Under the pieces are notes generated by a model. The model did not search any database, was not told the DNA's origin, and saw only the letters and a list, made by a program, of their open reading frames with translations. The translations under genes and the position numbers were made by a program. This document shows positions 62,791 to 64,000 of a DNA stretch of 64,000 bases, piece after piece (the first letter of the stretch is position 1; each line of letters starts with the position of its first letter). Origin of the DNA: Eledone cirrhosa (taxonomy: Eukaryota); NCBI GenBank assembly GCA_964016885.1, contig OZ024741.1:236530001-236594000 (forward strand), given 5' to 3'.

Positions 62791-63292
62791 AAGCACCAGC
62801 ATAATAATGAGAAAGTTATTTGACTAAATCCCCCCAAGTTATTGGTTATTTTCAAAATGACCTGAAAATCGTGAGCACTGTCTCTCATTAGAAATATGAT
62901 CATGATAGGGTTAATAAAAATATTTCTGTTACTAAGTCACAGTAGACTAAAAAAATTCAACACAGACTAAAGTACATGAATGAATTATAATAGCGAAAAT
63001 AACACAATAATAGAATTATAACAATATCAAGAGAACAGCATGATGGGAGAAAATAAATAAATAACAGCCACAATTGGTGTCATTTAAAGATATTCAAGAC
63101 TAAATATTTTAGTCTCAATATGCAAAATATCACAAGGAGAACATTGTTTTAGTTTGGTTCTAATTTAGATAAATTTGAGATGACTTGCTTGTAAAACTAT
63201 ATTTGTGGCTGGCAGGACATATACTGACAAAGGTTCACCAAGAAAATGACCACAAAATGTTTTAGTATCTTCACTAGTTTATATAACAATTT

Positions 63293-63800
63293 GGTTGGCA
63301 CAGCATAGTCAAATGGTTAAACAGTTCATTTTGCAATCATTTGGTTCTGGATTTGATTTCATTGTGTGGCATCATAGGCAATTATCAGTTACCATAGTCT
63401 CAGGTTGACACATACTTTGTGAGTGAAATTGGGTAGACAGAAACATTTTCAAACCCATCAGATGAACTGCAACTAAAATTCAAAGAGCCAGTCTTGTCAC
63501 ACACCGTCTCACACTGAATCACTCTGAGAATTACATTAAAAGTAAATGTGTCTGTGGAATGCTCAGTCACTAGTATGTTAATTTTATGAAAAGGCTGTTC
63601 ATTTAATGTAACAATTGGTACACTGTTCAAACTGACTGAGGTCCATTCCATAACTTGATAAACTAAAGGTGAGGTGGAAAAGGTTTGCTACTCAACTCAG
63701 CAAAGATTGATAAGGGAAATAAACAATTTTTGTTTGCAGTGTCATATAATCAACAAAGTATGTGGGCTGGATGAAATGAAGTTCTGAGCCAGATTTGAAC
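63293..63800 (+). mobile_element. Possible old SINE of a different family
   Basis: Degenerate tRNA-like head (TAGTCAAATGGTTAA...GGATTTGATTTC) followed by a non-coding body. Boundaries uncertain. Confidence 0.35.
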
Positions 63801-64000
63801 ACGGGGTTGTATTTTGCCAATCCCTGCAATTGACTCCTATATTTGTCTATCTATCTATCTACCTGATGCTGTGTGTGTGTGTCTGCGCATGTGCGCTTGT
63901 GTGTGTGTGCATGTATATGTGTGTGTGAGTGTGTGTATATATGTATAAATGTGTGTGTGAGTGTATTTTGATCTTACTAAATCTCTTCAGGGAAGCATAT

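Overview
Repeat-rich, AT-rich animal genomic DNA. The SINE/LINE repertoire and microsatellite load suggest a coleoid cephalopod, probably an octopod (inference). The only host genes I can support are two paralogous, convergent, intron-split chymotrypsin-family (S1) serine protease genes that the ORF track largely misses. Gene A (+) has exons 2-6 at 3276-14796, and its first exon was not found. Gene B (-) has 6 exons at 60795-37773 and encodes 307 aa. Both keep the His/Asp/Ser triad but are atypical: VANG N-terminus, GDSGAG motif, no Cys191-Cys220 bond and a Thr189/Thr226 pocket. The rest is mobile DNA. Two nests contain young Tx1-clade LINEs (one with an intact 1139-aa ORF2) and R4/Dong-clade LINEs stacked in (ATT)n tails of a tRNA-derived SINE. 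There are also CR1, RTE and CRE fragments, Penelope-like remnants with hammerhead ribozyme motifs, a non-coding LTR element with a tRNA-Trp primer site, Tc1/mariner remnants and many SINEs. All coordinates and counts were read by hand.
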